A stretch of 64,000 bases of DNA, taken from NCBI GenBank assembly GCA_963674705.1, contig OY771506.1, positions 4,096,001-4,160,000 of the forward strand, given 5' to 3'. Shown one piece after another: positions 29,206-39,491 of this stretch (positions within the stretch are counted from its first letter, which is position 1; each line of letters starts with the position of its first letter). This DNA comes from Phycisphaeraceae bacterium (GTDB lineage: Bacteria; Planctomycetota; Phycisphaerae; Phycisphaerales; Phycisphaeraceae). A program made the translations under genes and the position numbers. The notes under the pieces were generated by a model. The model had not been told where the DNA came from and did not search any database. It worked only from the letters and a program-made list of their open reading frames with translations.

Positions 29206-30081
29206 ATGAGCACAACAACCGAACCTGTCGTTATCAAGGGTAAGCCCATCGCCGACGCCATCCTCGCCAATTGCGAGAAACGCGTGAAGCGCATCATCGA
29301 GCAGACCGGCGTCACGCCGTGCCTCGCCACCGTCCTGGTCGGCAACGACCCGGCCAGCGAAAAATACGTCGACCGCAAGGGCAAACTCTGTGAAAAACAC
29401 GGCATGAAGTCCATCAAGGTCCACATGCCCGAAACGTCTACCACCGACCAAGTCGTCGCCAAGGTCAGTGCGCTGGCTAATGACGACTCCGTCCACGGCA
29501 TCCTCGTCCAGCACCCGATGCCCAAACAGGTCGATGAACGGGAAGTCTTCGAGAGTATCGGCGGGGCCAAGGACGTCGACGGCGTCACTTTCCACAGCTT
29601 CGGCACCATGACCTACTCCCTGCCCGGCTTCGGCTCGGCAACCCCCGAAGGCATTATGCGGCTCATGAAAGCCTACGACATCGACATCCAGGGCAAGCAT
29701 GCCGTGGTCATCGGTCGCAGCGTGATCCTCGGCAAACCCATGGCCATGCTGCTGCTCGCAGCCCACGCCACCGTCACCATCTGCCACTCCCGCACCGTTG
29801 ACCTGCCCAGCGTCGTACGCAATGCTGACATCGTCGTCGCCGCAGTCGGCATCGCCAACTTCGTCAAGGCCGACTGGCTCAAGCAGGGCGCGATCGTGAT
29901 CGATGCAGGCTTCAACCCCAGCCCCAGCGGTAATGTCGGTGATGTCGACTATGATGACTGTGCATCTAAATGCTCGATGATCACCCCCGTCCCCGGCGGC
30001 GTCGGCCCGATGACCCTGGCCGTCCTGATCGACCAGACCTCGATCGGCGCAGCACGTCAACTGGGCGTGGAAGTCGACTGA
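29206..30081 (+). CDS. folD: Methylene-THF dehydrogenase/cyclohydrolase
   Basis: VHGILVQHP, KDVDG, GRSVILGKP, TPVPGGVGPMT. Confidence 0.93.
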   Translation: MSTTTEPVVIKGKPIADAILANCEKRVKRIIEQTGVTPCLATVLVGNDPASEKYVDRKGKLCEKHGMKSIKVHMPETSTTDQVVAKVSALANDDSVHGILVQHPMPKQVDEREVFESIGGAKDVDGVTFHSFGTMTYSLPGFGSATPEGIMRLMKAYDIDIQGKHAVVIGRSVILGKPMAMLLLAAHATVTICHSRTVDLPSVVRNADIVVAAVGIANFVKADWLKQGAIVIDAGFNPSPSGNVGDVDYDDCASKCSMITPVPGGVGPMTLAVLIDQTSIGAARQLGVEVD

Positions 30082-30126
30082 GGTCGAGCCTTTAGCCGTT
30101 AGCCTTTAGCCATTAGCAAGGAAGAT

Positions 30127-30768
30127 ATGGCTCAATTTAACGCCCCGAGTTACGAAATCCCCAAGACCAGCGGTATCTGTGCATCCACCGGCCGGGAGTT
30201 AGCGCCCGGTGAATCGTATTTTGCTGCGCTGATCGAGCTGTCTGAAGAACAGATCAATCAACAGAAGGAAGAACTGAGCAAGGCCAGCAAGGATAAGGCG
30301 GCGGAGACGTTGCTGACACTTGGCCTTTGCCGGATCGATATCAGCACCGAGGCCTGGGAAGGGGGGTACCGGCCGGAGGGTCTGTTCGGCTTCTGGAAGT
30401 CCACCGTCCCCGAGGCTACCGAGAAGAAGAAACTATTCGTCGACGATGCCGTCCTGATGAACCTGCTCGAACGCCTCGCCGATGCAACCGAGCCCGAGCG
30501 GCTTGCTTTCCGCTACGTGCTGACGCTGATCCTGATGCGTAAGAAGTTGCTTCGCTACGATGGCAACAAAGTCCGCGAAGCCGAAGTCGATGAAAAGACA
30601 GTCGAGCAAACCTGGTGGAAACTCACCCCCAAGCTTGACCTGTCCAAGGGCCCGCTTGGCAAATGGAACCCAGATAAATCACTTGAAGTGCTCGATCCCA
30701 AACTCGACGAAACCAAGATCGAGCAGGTCATGCAGCAACTCGGAGAAATCCTCCAGGCGGAGTTGTAA
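30127..30768 (+). CDS. Conserved hypothetical protein
   Basis: 213-aa ORF with AAGGA RBS and host-like codon usage. Confidence 0.75.
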   Translation: MAQFNAPSYEIPKTSGICASTGRELAPGESYFAALIELSEEQINQQKEELSKASKDKAAETLLTLGLCRIDISTEAWEGGYRPEGLFGFWKSTVPEATEKKKLFVDDAVLMNLLERLADATEPERLAFRYVLTLILMRKKLLRYDGNKVREAEVDEKTVEQTWWKLTPKLDLSKGPLGKWNPDKSLEVLDPKLDETKIEQVMQQLGEILQAEL

Positions 30769-30770
30769 CC

Positions 30771-31886
30771 ATGTTCCGGGCTGTTACCCCCGTAGATCCG
30801 GGCAGGCCCGGACAGATGACACCGGTTGCGACCCCATTGTCCGGGCAGGCCTGGACCTACGCGCCTACCCCCCTCTCCCCTCGGGAGAGGGCCGGGGTGA
30901 GGGCCAGCGAGTTTCTCGGCCCGAGCATAAAAACTAAACGCACAATCAAGAACGGCCCTCACCCTAACCCTCTCCCAAGGGGAGCGGGGACCGGAAGGGC
31001 CCTCGCCCTGACATTTGGTCTGTTATTTACTTCAGCACTTCTCCTCCCCGGCTGCAAGCCGGCGCAGCCGATCGTCCCGGACAACCTGCTGCCCGACAAA
31101 ATCGCTAACGAACAGCCTCTGCCCAGCTATCACGACTTAGTCACGCGCTACAACGCAACGACAAAACCACTCGTCCGCGTCTGGGCATCTGCGCGTGTCG
31201 ATCTGCTCTGGCTGGATGAAAATGGTAAGCAGAAGTCCGAGCACGGTGACGGCCGGTTTATGTACCGTGCACCGGACAAGATCGCGCTAGAGATCACCGA
31301 AGCCGGCCGGGGTTTTTGGGCAGGGGGCGATGGCGATCGCTACTGGTTCTTTGATTTGCAGGATGACCGCACGCTTTACGTCGGCCGATTCGACAAACTC
31401 GACGAATTGGATGCGGCCACTTTCCCGTTACCCGTCAGGCCGACGGACCTGCCTTACATTCTGGGGCTGTTGCCGATCGATCCGGATAACGTGCCGGAGG
31501 CGCCTGCCGTGGAAAGCATCGCCGGCCATTACCTGATCGAACCGCCCGGCCTGGGCATCCGCATGCTACTGCATCCCGAGACCGCCCGGCCGGTCCGTGT
31601 CGATCTGATCGGTAGCGTTGGCGAGTCTGCTGTGAAATGTATCCTTACAGAACCGGCTGAACTTGAAAGATCGGTAGAAAACGCCGACGGCCCGGCACCG
31701 ACCATGGCCGGCAAGGTCGAGGTATACGTGCTGGATGAAGAAGTCCGCATGACGCTCAATCTCAAAGGCATGACCACCGACGGCCGGCGTATCAAGGACA
31801 ACCACTTCGATCTGGATATCCTCAAACAGGTCTACAAGCCCGACAAGACCGTCGATCTGGATAATCCGGCCAATCCCGCCCCATAA
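30771..31886 (+). CDS. Putative lipoprotein (LolA/LolB-like), N-terminus contains an in-frame REP pair
   Basis: Lipobox LLLPGC preceded by repeat-derived PLSPRERAGVR...PHPNPLP; start uncertain. Confidence 0.7.
   Translation: MFRAVTPVDPGRPGQMTPVATPLSGQAWTYAPTPLSPRERAGVRASEFLGPSIKTKRTIKNGPHPNPLPRGAGTGRALALTFGLLFTSALLLPGCKPAQPIVPDNLLPDKIANEQPLPSYHDLVTRYNATTKPLVRVWASARVDLLWLDENGKQKSEHGDGRFMYRAPDKIALEITEAGRGFWAGGDGDRYWFFDLQDDRTLYVGRFDKLDELDAATFPLPVRPTDLPYILGLLPIDPDNVPEAPAVESIAGHYLIEPPGLGIRMLLHPETARPVRVDLIGSVGESAVKCILTEPAELERSVENADGPAPTMAGKVEVYVLDEEVRMTLNLKGMTTDGRRIKDNHFDLDILKQVYKPDKTVDLDNPANPAP
30868..30990. repeat. Inverted pair of CCCTCTCCC...GGGAGAGGGCCGGGGTGAGGG palindromes
   Basis: Copies also at 38375-38412 and a degenerate one at ~49722-49771. 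Confidence 0.8.
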
Positions 31887-31940
31887 ACCGTCCGTCCCGC
31901 TATAATGCCCGGCTCGAAATAGTGAGATTGGAGCAAACAG

Positions 31941-32342
31941 ATGGGCGATACCGCACGCGAAACAACCGACAAACTGGACATCAAATTCGACGATAAGGGG
32001 CTCGTCCCCGCTATCGTGCAGGACATCGACACCGGTGAGGTGCTGATGATGGCGTGGATGAACGAGGCCGCCTTGCAGCAGACGCTGGAAGTCAAGAAGG
32101 CGACCTTCTATTCCCGCTCACGTAACAAGATGTGGATCAAGGGCGAAAGCTCCGGCCACGTGCAGGAAGTGGTCGAAGCTCTTGTTGACTGCGACCAGGA
32201 CCTCGTCCTGCTCAAATGCAAGAGCCACGGCCCGTGCTGCCACGTGGGTTACAACTCCTGCTTCTACCGCAAGGTGGATGCAGATGGCAAACTCACTATC
32301 GTCGCGGAAAAAGTGTTCGATCCCGACGAAGTCTATAAATAA
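31941..32342 (+). CDS. hisI: Phosphoribosyl-AMP cyclohydrolase
   Basis: [35 protein letters not shown]. Confidence 0.95.
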   Translation: MGDTARETTDKLDIKFDDKGLVPAIVQDIDTGEVLMMAWMNEAALQQTLEVKKATFYSRSRNKMWIKGESSGHVQEVVEALVDCDQDLVLLKCKSHGPCCHVGYNSCFYRKVDADGKLTIVAEKVFDPDEVYK

Positions 32343-32382
32343 CATCGATGCGAAAACCAAGTGATGGTGCATTTTGGTTTAA

Positions 32383-32514
32383 AATGGCGAATGACGAATT
32401 CACGAATGTCGAATCAATGTCGAATTCCTAATGACGAGTGAAGCGAATCACAACCATTCGACATTCGACATTTGGACATTCATTCAACATTCGTGAATTC
32501 GTCATTCGTGCATT
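32383..32514. repeat. Heptamer-built palindrome (GAATGAC family)
   Basis: gaatgac/gaatgtc units then gacattc/gtcattc. Confidence 0.8.
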
Positions 32515-32560
32515 AATATCCCACACTGATCTTCAGTCAGTTTGAAAGTGCAAGGAAAAC

Positions 32561-33682
32561 ATGGCTAAAAAGAAGTCAAAGAAAACATCAGCCCCCGCGC
32601 ACCTCGCCGACCGCGTGAAGAACCTTCAGAAACGCCTGCGCCCGACCGGCGCCGATGCCCTGCTGGTCAACAACCCGCGCGACATCCGCTATCTCACCGG
32701 TTTCGTCGGCGACGATTCCTGGGCGCTGATCCCGATGCGCGGCTCAAAGGTCTACATCCTCAGCGACTTCCGCTTCGATGAGCAGATCGAAAACGAAGCG
32801 CCGCACGCTGTCGCGATCATGCGCAAGAAGGGCCTTGCCGAAGAACTCAAGAAGCTGGCTGACAAGATCAAGGCCGACAAGATCATGCTCCAGCCGCAGT
32901 ACACCACGCTCGAATTGCGTAAGACCATCGCCAAGCACGTCGGCGCGCGTTCGCTGATGGTCAAGGATGACGGCCTGCTCAAGCAGCGCGCCATCAAGGA
33001 CGCTGTCGAGGTCAAACAGATCCGCAAAGCCATCGCCATCCAGCAGCAGGCGTTCAAGGAAACGATCAAGTTCCTCAAGCCGGGGCAGAGCGAAAACGAG
33101 ATCACGGCTTATTTGGAGTACCGCATGCGGGCCATGGGTGCCGACGGCCCGGGCTTCCCGTCCATCGTTGCCGCCGATGCCAACGCCAGCCTCTGCCACG
33201 CCATCCCCGGCCCCAAGAAAATCAAATCAGGCGGCATCCTGCTGATCGACTGGGGTGCCTGCTACGGCGGGTACCGCTCGGACATGACACGCGTTGTCGC
33301 GCTGGGCAAGATGAAGCCCAAACTGCGTGAGATCTACAAGATCGTGCTGGATGCCCAACTGGCCGCCATCGACGCGATTGCCCCCGGCGTGAAACTGTCT
33401 GACGTCGACAAGGCCGCCCGCGACGTGATCTCTAAAGCCGGTTATGGCGAGCAGTTCGGTCACGGCCTGGGCCACGGTATCGGTCTGGATATCCACGAAG
33501 ATCCCCGCCTCGCCGCCACCGCTAAGGGCGTCCTGGAGCCCGGCCACATCGTCACCGTCGAGCCCGGCATCTACCTGCCCGGGATCGGGGGCGTCCGTAT
33601 TGAGGATGATGTGCTGGTAACCGCCAAGGGCCACCAGGTCATGTGCGATTTGCCCAAATCGCTGGAATCCGCGATTATTTGA
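32561..33682 (+). CDS. Xaa-Pro aminopeptidase (M24)
   Basis: YLTGF, SDMTR, HGLGHGIGLDIHE, TVEPGIY, GVRIEDD. Confidence 0.92.
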   Translation: MAKKKSKKTSAPAHLADRVKNLQKRLRPTGADALLVNNPRDIRYLTGFVGDDSWALIPMRGSKVYILSDFRFDEQIENEAPHAVAIMRKKGLAEELKKLADKIKADKIMLQPQYTTLELRKTIAKHVGARSLMVKDDGLLKQRAIKDAVEVKQIRKAIAIQQQAFKETIKFLKPGQSENEITAYLEYRMRAMGADGPGFPSIVAADANASLCHAIPGPKKIKSGGILLIDWGACYGGYRSDMTRVVALGKMKPKLREIYKIVLDAQLAAIDAIAPGVKLSDVDKAARDVISKAGYGEQFGHGLGHGIGLDIHEDPRLAATAKGVLEPGHIVTVEPGIYLPGIGGVRIEDDVLVTAKGHQVMCDLPKSLESAII

Positions 33683-33776
33683 GTCTTGTTAAGTCCAGAC
33701 CATCACGCCGATTGAGCGTGATCAACGAACCAGGCCCGCCGTGAAGTGCCACGATGCCGGGCCACAGGAATGTTTC

Positions 33777-34238
33777 ATGGTTGATCTGAAAACACTACGA
33801 CAGCTCATCAAGCTCATGGTCGACAACGACCTGACCGAGTTGGATATCCAGGCCGAGGGCGGTCCAATCAAGCTCAAACGTAACAGCCAAGGTGCGGTCG
33901 TGCCCTCGATGCCCGTGGCGATGCCCGCTGCGCCGACGCAGCAGTCTGCGATCCCCGCCGCCCAAACAGCCCCGGCTGCGGACGATCAGGATGATGACGG
34001 CGAAACCATCGACAGCCCGATGGTCGGCACGTTCTACTCCGCTTCCAGCCCGGACGCCCCGGCTTTCGTCAACGTCGGCGACCGCGTCAACGAAGACACC
34101 GTCGTGTGTATCGTCGAAGCCATGAAAGTCTTCAACGAGATCAAGGCCGAGACCTCCGGCACGATCGAAAAGATCCTGGTCGACAACGGCCAGGCCGTCG
34201 AGTTCGGCCAACCCCTGTTCACGATCAAGCCGGGATGA
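33777..34238 (+). CDS. accB: Biotin carboxyl carrier protein
   Basis: SPMVGTFY, EAMKVFNEI. Confidence 0.94.
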   Translation: MVDLKTLRQLIKLMVDNDLTELDIQAEGGPIKLKRNSQGAVVPSMPVAMPAAPTQQSAIPAAQTAPAADDQDDDGETIDSPMVGTFYSASSPDAPAFVNVGDRVNEDTVVCIVEAMKVFNEIKAETSGTIEKILVDNGQAVEFGQPLFTIKPG

Positions 34239-34341
34239 GGGTCTGGGGTCTAGGGTCTGGGGACTAGCCGGATCTATGACCTCGACCGCATTGCGCTTGT
34301 TTCGTTTCTGACCAGACCCAAGACCCTGGACCCCAGACCCC
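34238..34341. repeat. Heptamer-built palindrome (GGGTCTG family)
   Basis: agggtctggggtctagggtctgggg ... ccagacccaagaccctggaccccagacccc. Confidence 0.75.
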
Positions 34342-34345
34342 ACTT

Positions 34346-35689
34346 ATGTTTTCACGCATACTCATAGCAAACCGAGGCGAAATCGCGGTACGGATCATCC
34401 GCGCCGCCCACGATCTGGGGATCGAAGCGGTCGCTGTCTATTCGACCGCCGACAAGGACTCCAAGCACGTGAAGATCGCGGACCAGGCGATCTGCATCGG
34501 TGCGCCTTCACCGGCCGAGTCATACCTGAACATCGCCCGGATCATTGCCGCCGCCGAGGTCGCCAACGTCGACGCGATCCACCCCGGCTACGGCTTCCTC
34601 GCTGAAAACGCACACTTCGCCGAGGTCTGCCGATCCTGCAACATCGAATTCATCGGCCCCAGCGTCGAGTCCATGCGCCTGCTCGGCGACAAGGTCCAGT
34701 GCAAGCAACTGGCCATCAGCACCAAAGTCCCGACCAGCCCCGGCTCGAAGGGTGAAGTTGAGGAAGAGGACGAAGCGATCAAGACCGCCAAGGAGATCGG
34801 CTATCCCGTCATCATCAAGGCGGCCGCCGGCGGTGGGGGACGCGGGATGCGCGTGGCGCACAACGACATGTCCCTGCGTTCAGGGATGAAGGCCGCCAGG
34901 CAGGAAGCCGAAGCCGCCTTCGGCAACGGCACCGTCTACCTTGAAAAGTTCATTGAACACGCTCGCCACGTCGAGGTCCAGGTCATCGGCGATATGCACG
35001 GCAACGTCTGCCACCTCTACGAACGCGACTGCACCATGCAGCGCCGCAAGCAGAAGCTCATCGAAGAATCTCCCTGCCCCGTCTTGAGTAAGGACGAACG
35101 CGAGAAGCTCTGTAAGTCCGCCGCACGCCTCTGCAAAGCGGCCGGCTATTACTCCGCAGGTACCGTCGAGTTCCTCATGGGTTCCGACAAGCAGTTCTAC
35201 CTCATGGAGGTCAACACCCGCGTCCAGGTCGAACACCCCGTCACCGAACTCGTCACCGGCGTCGATATCGTCAAGGAACAGATCCGCATCGCCACCGGTG
35301 AAAAACTCTCCTTCACGCAGAAACAGATCAAGCAGACCGGCCACGCCATCGAGGTCCGTATCAACGCCGAAGACCCGGCCCGAAACTTCGCGCCCTGTGC
35401 CGGCACGATCGAACACTTCGACGCACCCGGCGGCCCGGGCGTCCGCCTCGACACCCACTGCCACGCCGGCTACCGCATCCCGCCAAACTACGACTCCATG
35501 ATCGCCAAACTCATCGTGCACCAACCCACGCGCGACGAAGCTATCGCCACGCTCAAGCGTGCCCTCGCCGAGTTCACGATCGACCCGATCAAGACCACCA
35601 TCCCCCTGCACGCCGACCTCGCCCGCAACGGCAACTTCATCCGCTCCGACATCGACATCAACTTCGTCGAACGCTTACTGGGGCTTTGA
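34346..35689 (+). CDS. accC: Biotin carboxylase
   Basis: [49 protein letters not shown]. Confidence 0.95.
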   Translation: MFSRILIANRGEIAVRIIRAAHDLGIEAVAVYSTADKDSKHVKIADQAICIGAPSPAESYLNIARIIAAAEVANVDAIHPGYGFLAENAHFAEVCRSCNIEFIGPSVESMRLLGDKVQCKQLAISTKVPTSPGSKGEVEEEDEAIKTAKEIGYPVIIKAAAGGGGRGMRVAHNDMSLRSGMKAARQEAEAAFGNGTVYLEKFIEHARHVEVQVIGDMHGNVCHLYERDCTMQRRKQKLIEESPCPVLSKDEREKLCKSAARLCKAAGYYSAGTVEFLMGSDKQFYLMEVNTRVQVEHPVTELVTGVDIVKEQIRIATGEKLSFTQKQIKQTGHAIEVRINAEDPARNFAPCAGTIEHFDAPGGPGVRLDTHCHAGYRIPPNYDSMIAKLIVHQPTRDEAIATLKRALAEFTIDPIKTTIPLHADLARNGNFIRSDIDINFVERLLGL

Positions 35690-35694
35690 GTGTA

Positions 35695-35822
35695 AATGAC
35701 GAGAACGAAACTCGAATGACGAATCAATGTTCAATGACGAGTATCAAATACCCATACTTTGACATTCGTCATTTGAGCATTGGTTATTGATTCGTCATTC
35801 GAACTTCGTGCATTCGTCATTC
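35695..35822. repeat. Heptamer-built palindrome (GAATGAC family)
   Basis: Between convergent accC and dapF; supplies the dapF stop codon. Confidence 0.8.
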
Positions 35823-36695
35823 GGGAATTTCCCCCACAAACACTTCCACCGCCGGCCCCGTCATGTACACATGATTGTCCGCCTCACGCCACTCTAAAAG
35901 CAGCTCCCCGCCCGGCACGTGCGCCTTGATCTTCCGTTCACCCTTGCCTGTCAACACCCCCGCCACGCACACCGCGCTCGATCCCGTCCCACACGCAAGC
36001 GTGATCCCGCTGCCGCGCTCCCAGTGACGGATCTTCACCTCGTCGCGTGAAAGCACCTCGACAAAATGCACGTTCATTCGGCTGGGAAACGCGCTGAACC
36101 ATTCCAGCATCGGCCCGACACGCTCAAGCTCCACCGCGTCCACATCATCGACATAAATCGTCACGTGCGGGTTGCCCGTCGAACAGAACGTCCCGGTAAA
36201 ACTCTCGCCCGTTTCCGTCAGCTTGAAACCAAACGTCTGCGGCTGCTCCGTGCTCGTCATCTGATCCGCATCGATCGGCACAAGCGCCGGATCAAGCTTC
36301 GGCTCGCCCATATCCACCGTCACCTGCTTGACCTTGCCCGCATCATCCAGAGCGTAATCCAGCGTCAGCACGCCGTTGCCTGTCTGGATTTTCATCGGGT
36401 TCGCTGTCACCACACCCCGGTCGTGCGCGAGCTTGCACACGCAGCGGATCCCGTTGCCGCACATCTCGCCTTCCGACCCGTCGATGTTGAACATCCGCAT
36501 CCGACAATCCGCATCCACACCGTCCTCCGCCGGCAGCAGCAGGATCAATCCATCTCCGCCGATCCCGAAGTGGCGGTCCGACACCTGTTTAGCAACCGCG
36601 GACGGATTGTCTAATACATCACTTCCGTGGGAGGGGTCGAATCCGTTGATGTAGATGTAATCGTTGCCGCAGCCGTGCATCTTCGTGAAGCGCAT
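35817..36695 (-). CDS. dapF: Diaminopimelate epimerase
   Basis: FTKMHGCGND, EMCGNGIRC, GNPH, ERGSGITLACGTG. Confidence 0.95.
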   Translation of the reverse strand: MRFTKMHGCGNDYIYINGFDPSHGSDVLDNPSAVAKQVSDRHFGIGGDGLILLLPAEDGVDADCRMRMFNIDGSEGEMCGNGIRCVCKLAHDRGVVTANPMKIQTGNGVLTLDYALDDAGKVKQVTVDMGEPKLDPALVPIDADQMTSTEQPQTFGFKLTETGESFTGTFCSTGNPHVTIYVDDVDAVELERVGPMLEWFSAFPSRMNVHFVEVLSRDEVKIRHWERGSGITLACGTGSSAVCVAGVLTGKGERKIKAHVPGGELLLEWREADNHVYMTGPAVEVFVGEIPE

Positions 36696-36766
36696 ATGGG
36701 TCTCTCTTGTGTTCGGTGAAGCTCAGGATTATAACGAAGTCCAAACAACACAACTTCGGGCATATC

Positions 36767-36848
36767 GGGTGCCACATCTTGATCGCGCAGCGACAAGGTG
36801 TGCTGTCACGATCACACTTTGCCCCTGCGGTGTCAAAGTGCGGCACCC
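36767..36848. repeat. Inverted REP-like doublet (GGGTGCC-type)
   Basis: gggtgccacatcttg..caaggtgtg and cacactttg..caaagtgcggcaccc. Confidence 0.65.
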
Positions 36849-36875
36849 ATCCCATACGCCGTAAGTCGCCCCGGC

Positions 36876-38354
36876 TCAGCCGAACCAGCTATGCAGCAGC
36901 ATCGTCACGATCACCACCAGCACCGCCGCCACATTCACCCACATCATCAGCCGATCGATCGCAAGCCCATTGATCGGCTTACCCGCCAGCGTTTTCAGAT
37001 AATCCTGCCTCCACTTGATCGAACCGTGTCGCCAACTGTGCTTGTCTATACGGATGCTGTTCAAACCCGCCACATGCTGTAGCGCATCGATCATCGTTTG
37101 CGCATCTCCCTCGTCGATCGTATCGCTGTTACGTTCCATCGCCAGGTGCACGACTGCGAACGTGTCCGCCTGCCGTTCGATCCGCCGGGACACCCAGCCG
37201 AACCCCACAATCCACGCCAACACCGCCGCCGCCAGCGTGCCGATCACCAGCAGTGTCCTGTCATCGAACAAACCCAGCCCCGCAAGTACCGCGCCGCTGG
37301 AATCAGTCGACACACTCAACATCTGATCGATCTCCCGCCCGCCGATTCCGTTCGTGGCAAGAAACACAACTCCCAACACCTCGACTGCGCTCAGTAACGC
37401 CACCGCCGTCACCAGCAGCCAGATCATGTGCTTCTTGCGCACGTGCCCAAGCTCATGCGCCATCACCGCCTCGATGTGATGCATGTGCATCTGCTGGAGC
37501 AACCCATCCGTAATCAGGATGTACCTCAGCGGCCCGATCAGCCCCATCACCGCCGCGTTAATCATCCCCCCGTACGTCCGCCATAGCAGCAACTCCCGAA
37601 TCCGCACATTATGTGTTCGGCACATCTCAAGCAGATGCTGACGTAAAGCCCCCTCGGGTATCGGCGCTGTATCCCACGCCATCCGGATCATCACCGGAGC
37701 AAACAGGAAGATCGTGATGCTGCCTACCAGCGTCCACGCGGTCTGCGTCAGCTCCGTCGTCCCCGCCCAGCCCTGTCGGCCCATCCACTGCACAACCTCG
37801 TTCCACGTGATCACACCAAGCAGCGGCAGAAGGATCAACAGAATCTGATACCGATACTGCGATGTCACAAACTGCCACCGCGACCAGATCGGATAGATCG
37901 GCAACCCCTCATCCAGCCTGCGATTGATCGCCGCATCGCGCAGCCGCCGTTCGATCGGGTAATAAACCCACCACCCAATGCCCCACATCACAAGCGTCGG
38001 CAGCATCACCGCCAGCTCATCGATCAGGATCGGATGCTCAATCCCCGTAGCCGCTTCGATCCAGTTGCGTACCAGCACCAGCAGACCCAGGTATAGATCC
38101 AGCGAAAACAGCACCAGTACACCAACACGGTAATACCCCCCGAATCGCTCGATCCGCCGCAGGTCTTTCTTGTCAGGCGCCTCCAGCAACCGCCGAAACG
38201 TCACCCGACACGCCGCCGCGTATCCCCCGGCCAACAAGACCTTCAACCCAAACACCACCAACAGGATCAACCACCCGGGCAAATCCCGCACGAACACCAA
38301 CGCCTCGTCGTGCAGGAACAAAATCAGTATCAGCCCAAGTACCAGTAGCTGCAT
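36876..38354 (-). CDS. M48-family membrane metalloprotease
   Basis: Multiple TMs, INAAVMG, HELGH, ERQADTFA, HGSIKWR. Confidence 0.88.
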   Translation of the reverse strand: MQLLVLGLILILFLHDEALVFVRDLPGWLILLVVFGLKVLLAGGYAAACRVTFRRLLEAPDKKDLRRIERFGGYYRVGVLVLFSLDLYLGLLVLVRNWIEAATGIEHPILIDELAVMLPTLVMWGIGWWVYYPIERRLRDAAINRRLDEGLPIYPIWSRWQFVTSQYRYQILLILLPLLGVITWNEVVQWMGRQGWAGTTELTQTAWTLVGSITIFLFAPVMIRMAWDTAPIPEGALRQHLLEMCRTHNVRIRELLLWRTYGGMINAAVMGLIGPLRYILITDGLLQQMHMHHIEAVMAHELGHVRKKHMIWLLVTAVALLSAVEVLGVVFLATNGIGGREIDQMLSVSTDSSGAVLAGLGLFDDRTLLVIGTLAAAVLAWIVGFGWVSRRIERQADTFAVVHLAMERNSDTIDEGDAQTMIDALQHVAGLNSIRIDKHSWRHGSIKWRQDYLKTLAGKPINGLAIDRLMMWVNVAAVLVVIVTMLLHSWFG

Positions 38355-38423
38355 CTATGTTTCTCAATATCTAATCCCCCTCTCCCCCTGGGAGAGGGCC
38401 GGGGTGAGGGCCGGATACCTGTC

Positions 38424-38550
38424 AATGCACGAATGACGAAGTCGCGAATGACGAGAGAATGACCAAATCCAAATGACGAATACTGTTTACACATTTGTAA
38501 TTCGTCATTTGAGCATTCTTTCGTCATTCATCATTCGTGAATTCGTCATT
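38424..38550. repeat. Heptamer-built palindrome (GAATGAC family)
   Basis: aatgcacgaatgacgaa ... ttcgtcattcatcattcgtgaattcgtcatt. Confidence 0.8.
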
Positions 38551-38579
38551 TACACCTATCTGTGGCTAAAAACAGCTTT

Positions 38580-39491
38580 TCAATTCGCTCTGCGCATCTC
38601 CTGCAGCGTCACTGCATCCGCCGCACGTCCCGCTTCGGCCAGCATTGGATCGTCGCTCGCAATCGCCGTCTGGATCGCTTGATTCATCGCACGACGGTTC
38701 CCGCGATCCACCGTGTATCGCTGAATCCCCAGCTTCAACGTCGCCTCGATGCGGAACATCCGGTCCTGATCGTTCAGCGCGATATTCACCAGATCGCCCG
38801 GGTGCGGCTCAACACCCATCATCACTTCCAGCTTCGGCTGCCACTCACGACGGATCTCACTTAACGCAGCCGCCCATTTACTTAGCGCTTCGCGATCCAG
38901 CGTCTCATCCTTTTCCGCCAGCAGAACCAGCATCGTCCCGGCCGACTCCATCATGTCCAGCCCCGTATTCTTGTGATACAGCCGGTCACTGTGATCAAAC
39001 AGCCGTTGGCCAAACAACCACACCGCCAGCGCCAGGTTACGCGCCTCGTCCTTCTCGCCCTTGGAATACACCATCACCGCATGCTTCAGTACCCATTCAT
39101 AAATACTTTCGACCGCTTCGCCGTAATCTGGGTCTGCCCCGTTTGCCACCGCGATATGCCCATCCAGAAAGCCGTCATCGATCTGTCCCGCATCCGCCGC
39201 CAGTAAGAGCAGTTCGCTTAATCTGTCCACCATTTCATCATGCTCGCGCGTCCGCTCCAACACACGTGGATTCTGATTAAACAGCTCGATCGCCTGCTCG
39301 TAATACGCCCCCGCATCCGCTTGCGGTTTAGCAGGCGTCACCAACGCGGGCAAATCCCCAGGCAATGTCTGCTTCACCAGCGCTGATTCACTGGTTACAG
39401 AAGTAGGCGGATCGGCAAAGCCATACATAAACACGACCAACGCAAGGGCCATCACCAGTACAACCAGCGTGATCACATAAACAGGCTTCAT
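38580..39491 (-). CDS. Hypothetical membrane-anchored helical protein
   Basis: N-terminal TM; ATGA overlap with larC stop. Confidence 0.75.
   Translation of the reverse strand: MKPVYVITLVVLVMALALVVFMYGFADPPTSVTSESALVKQTLPGDLPALVTPAKPQADAGAYYEQAIELFNQNPRVLERTREHDEMVDRLSELLLLAADAGQIDDGFLDGHIAVANGADPDYGEAVESIYEWVLKHAVMVYSKGEKDEARNLALAVWLFGQRLFDHSDRLYHKNTGLDMMESAGTMLVLLAEKDETLDREALSKWAAALSEIRREWQPKLEVMMGVEPHPGDLVNIALNDQDRMFRIEATLKLGIQRYTVDRGNRRAMNQAIQTAIASDDPMLAEAGRAADAVTLQEMRRAN

Noticed and set aside
27707..38550. CRISPR array
   Set aside because: Degenerate 7-mers in inverted arrangement, no constant repeat/unique spacer pattern, no cas genes
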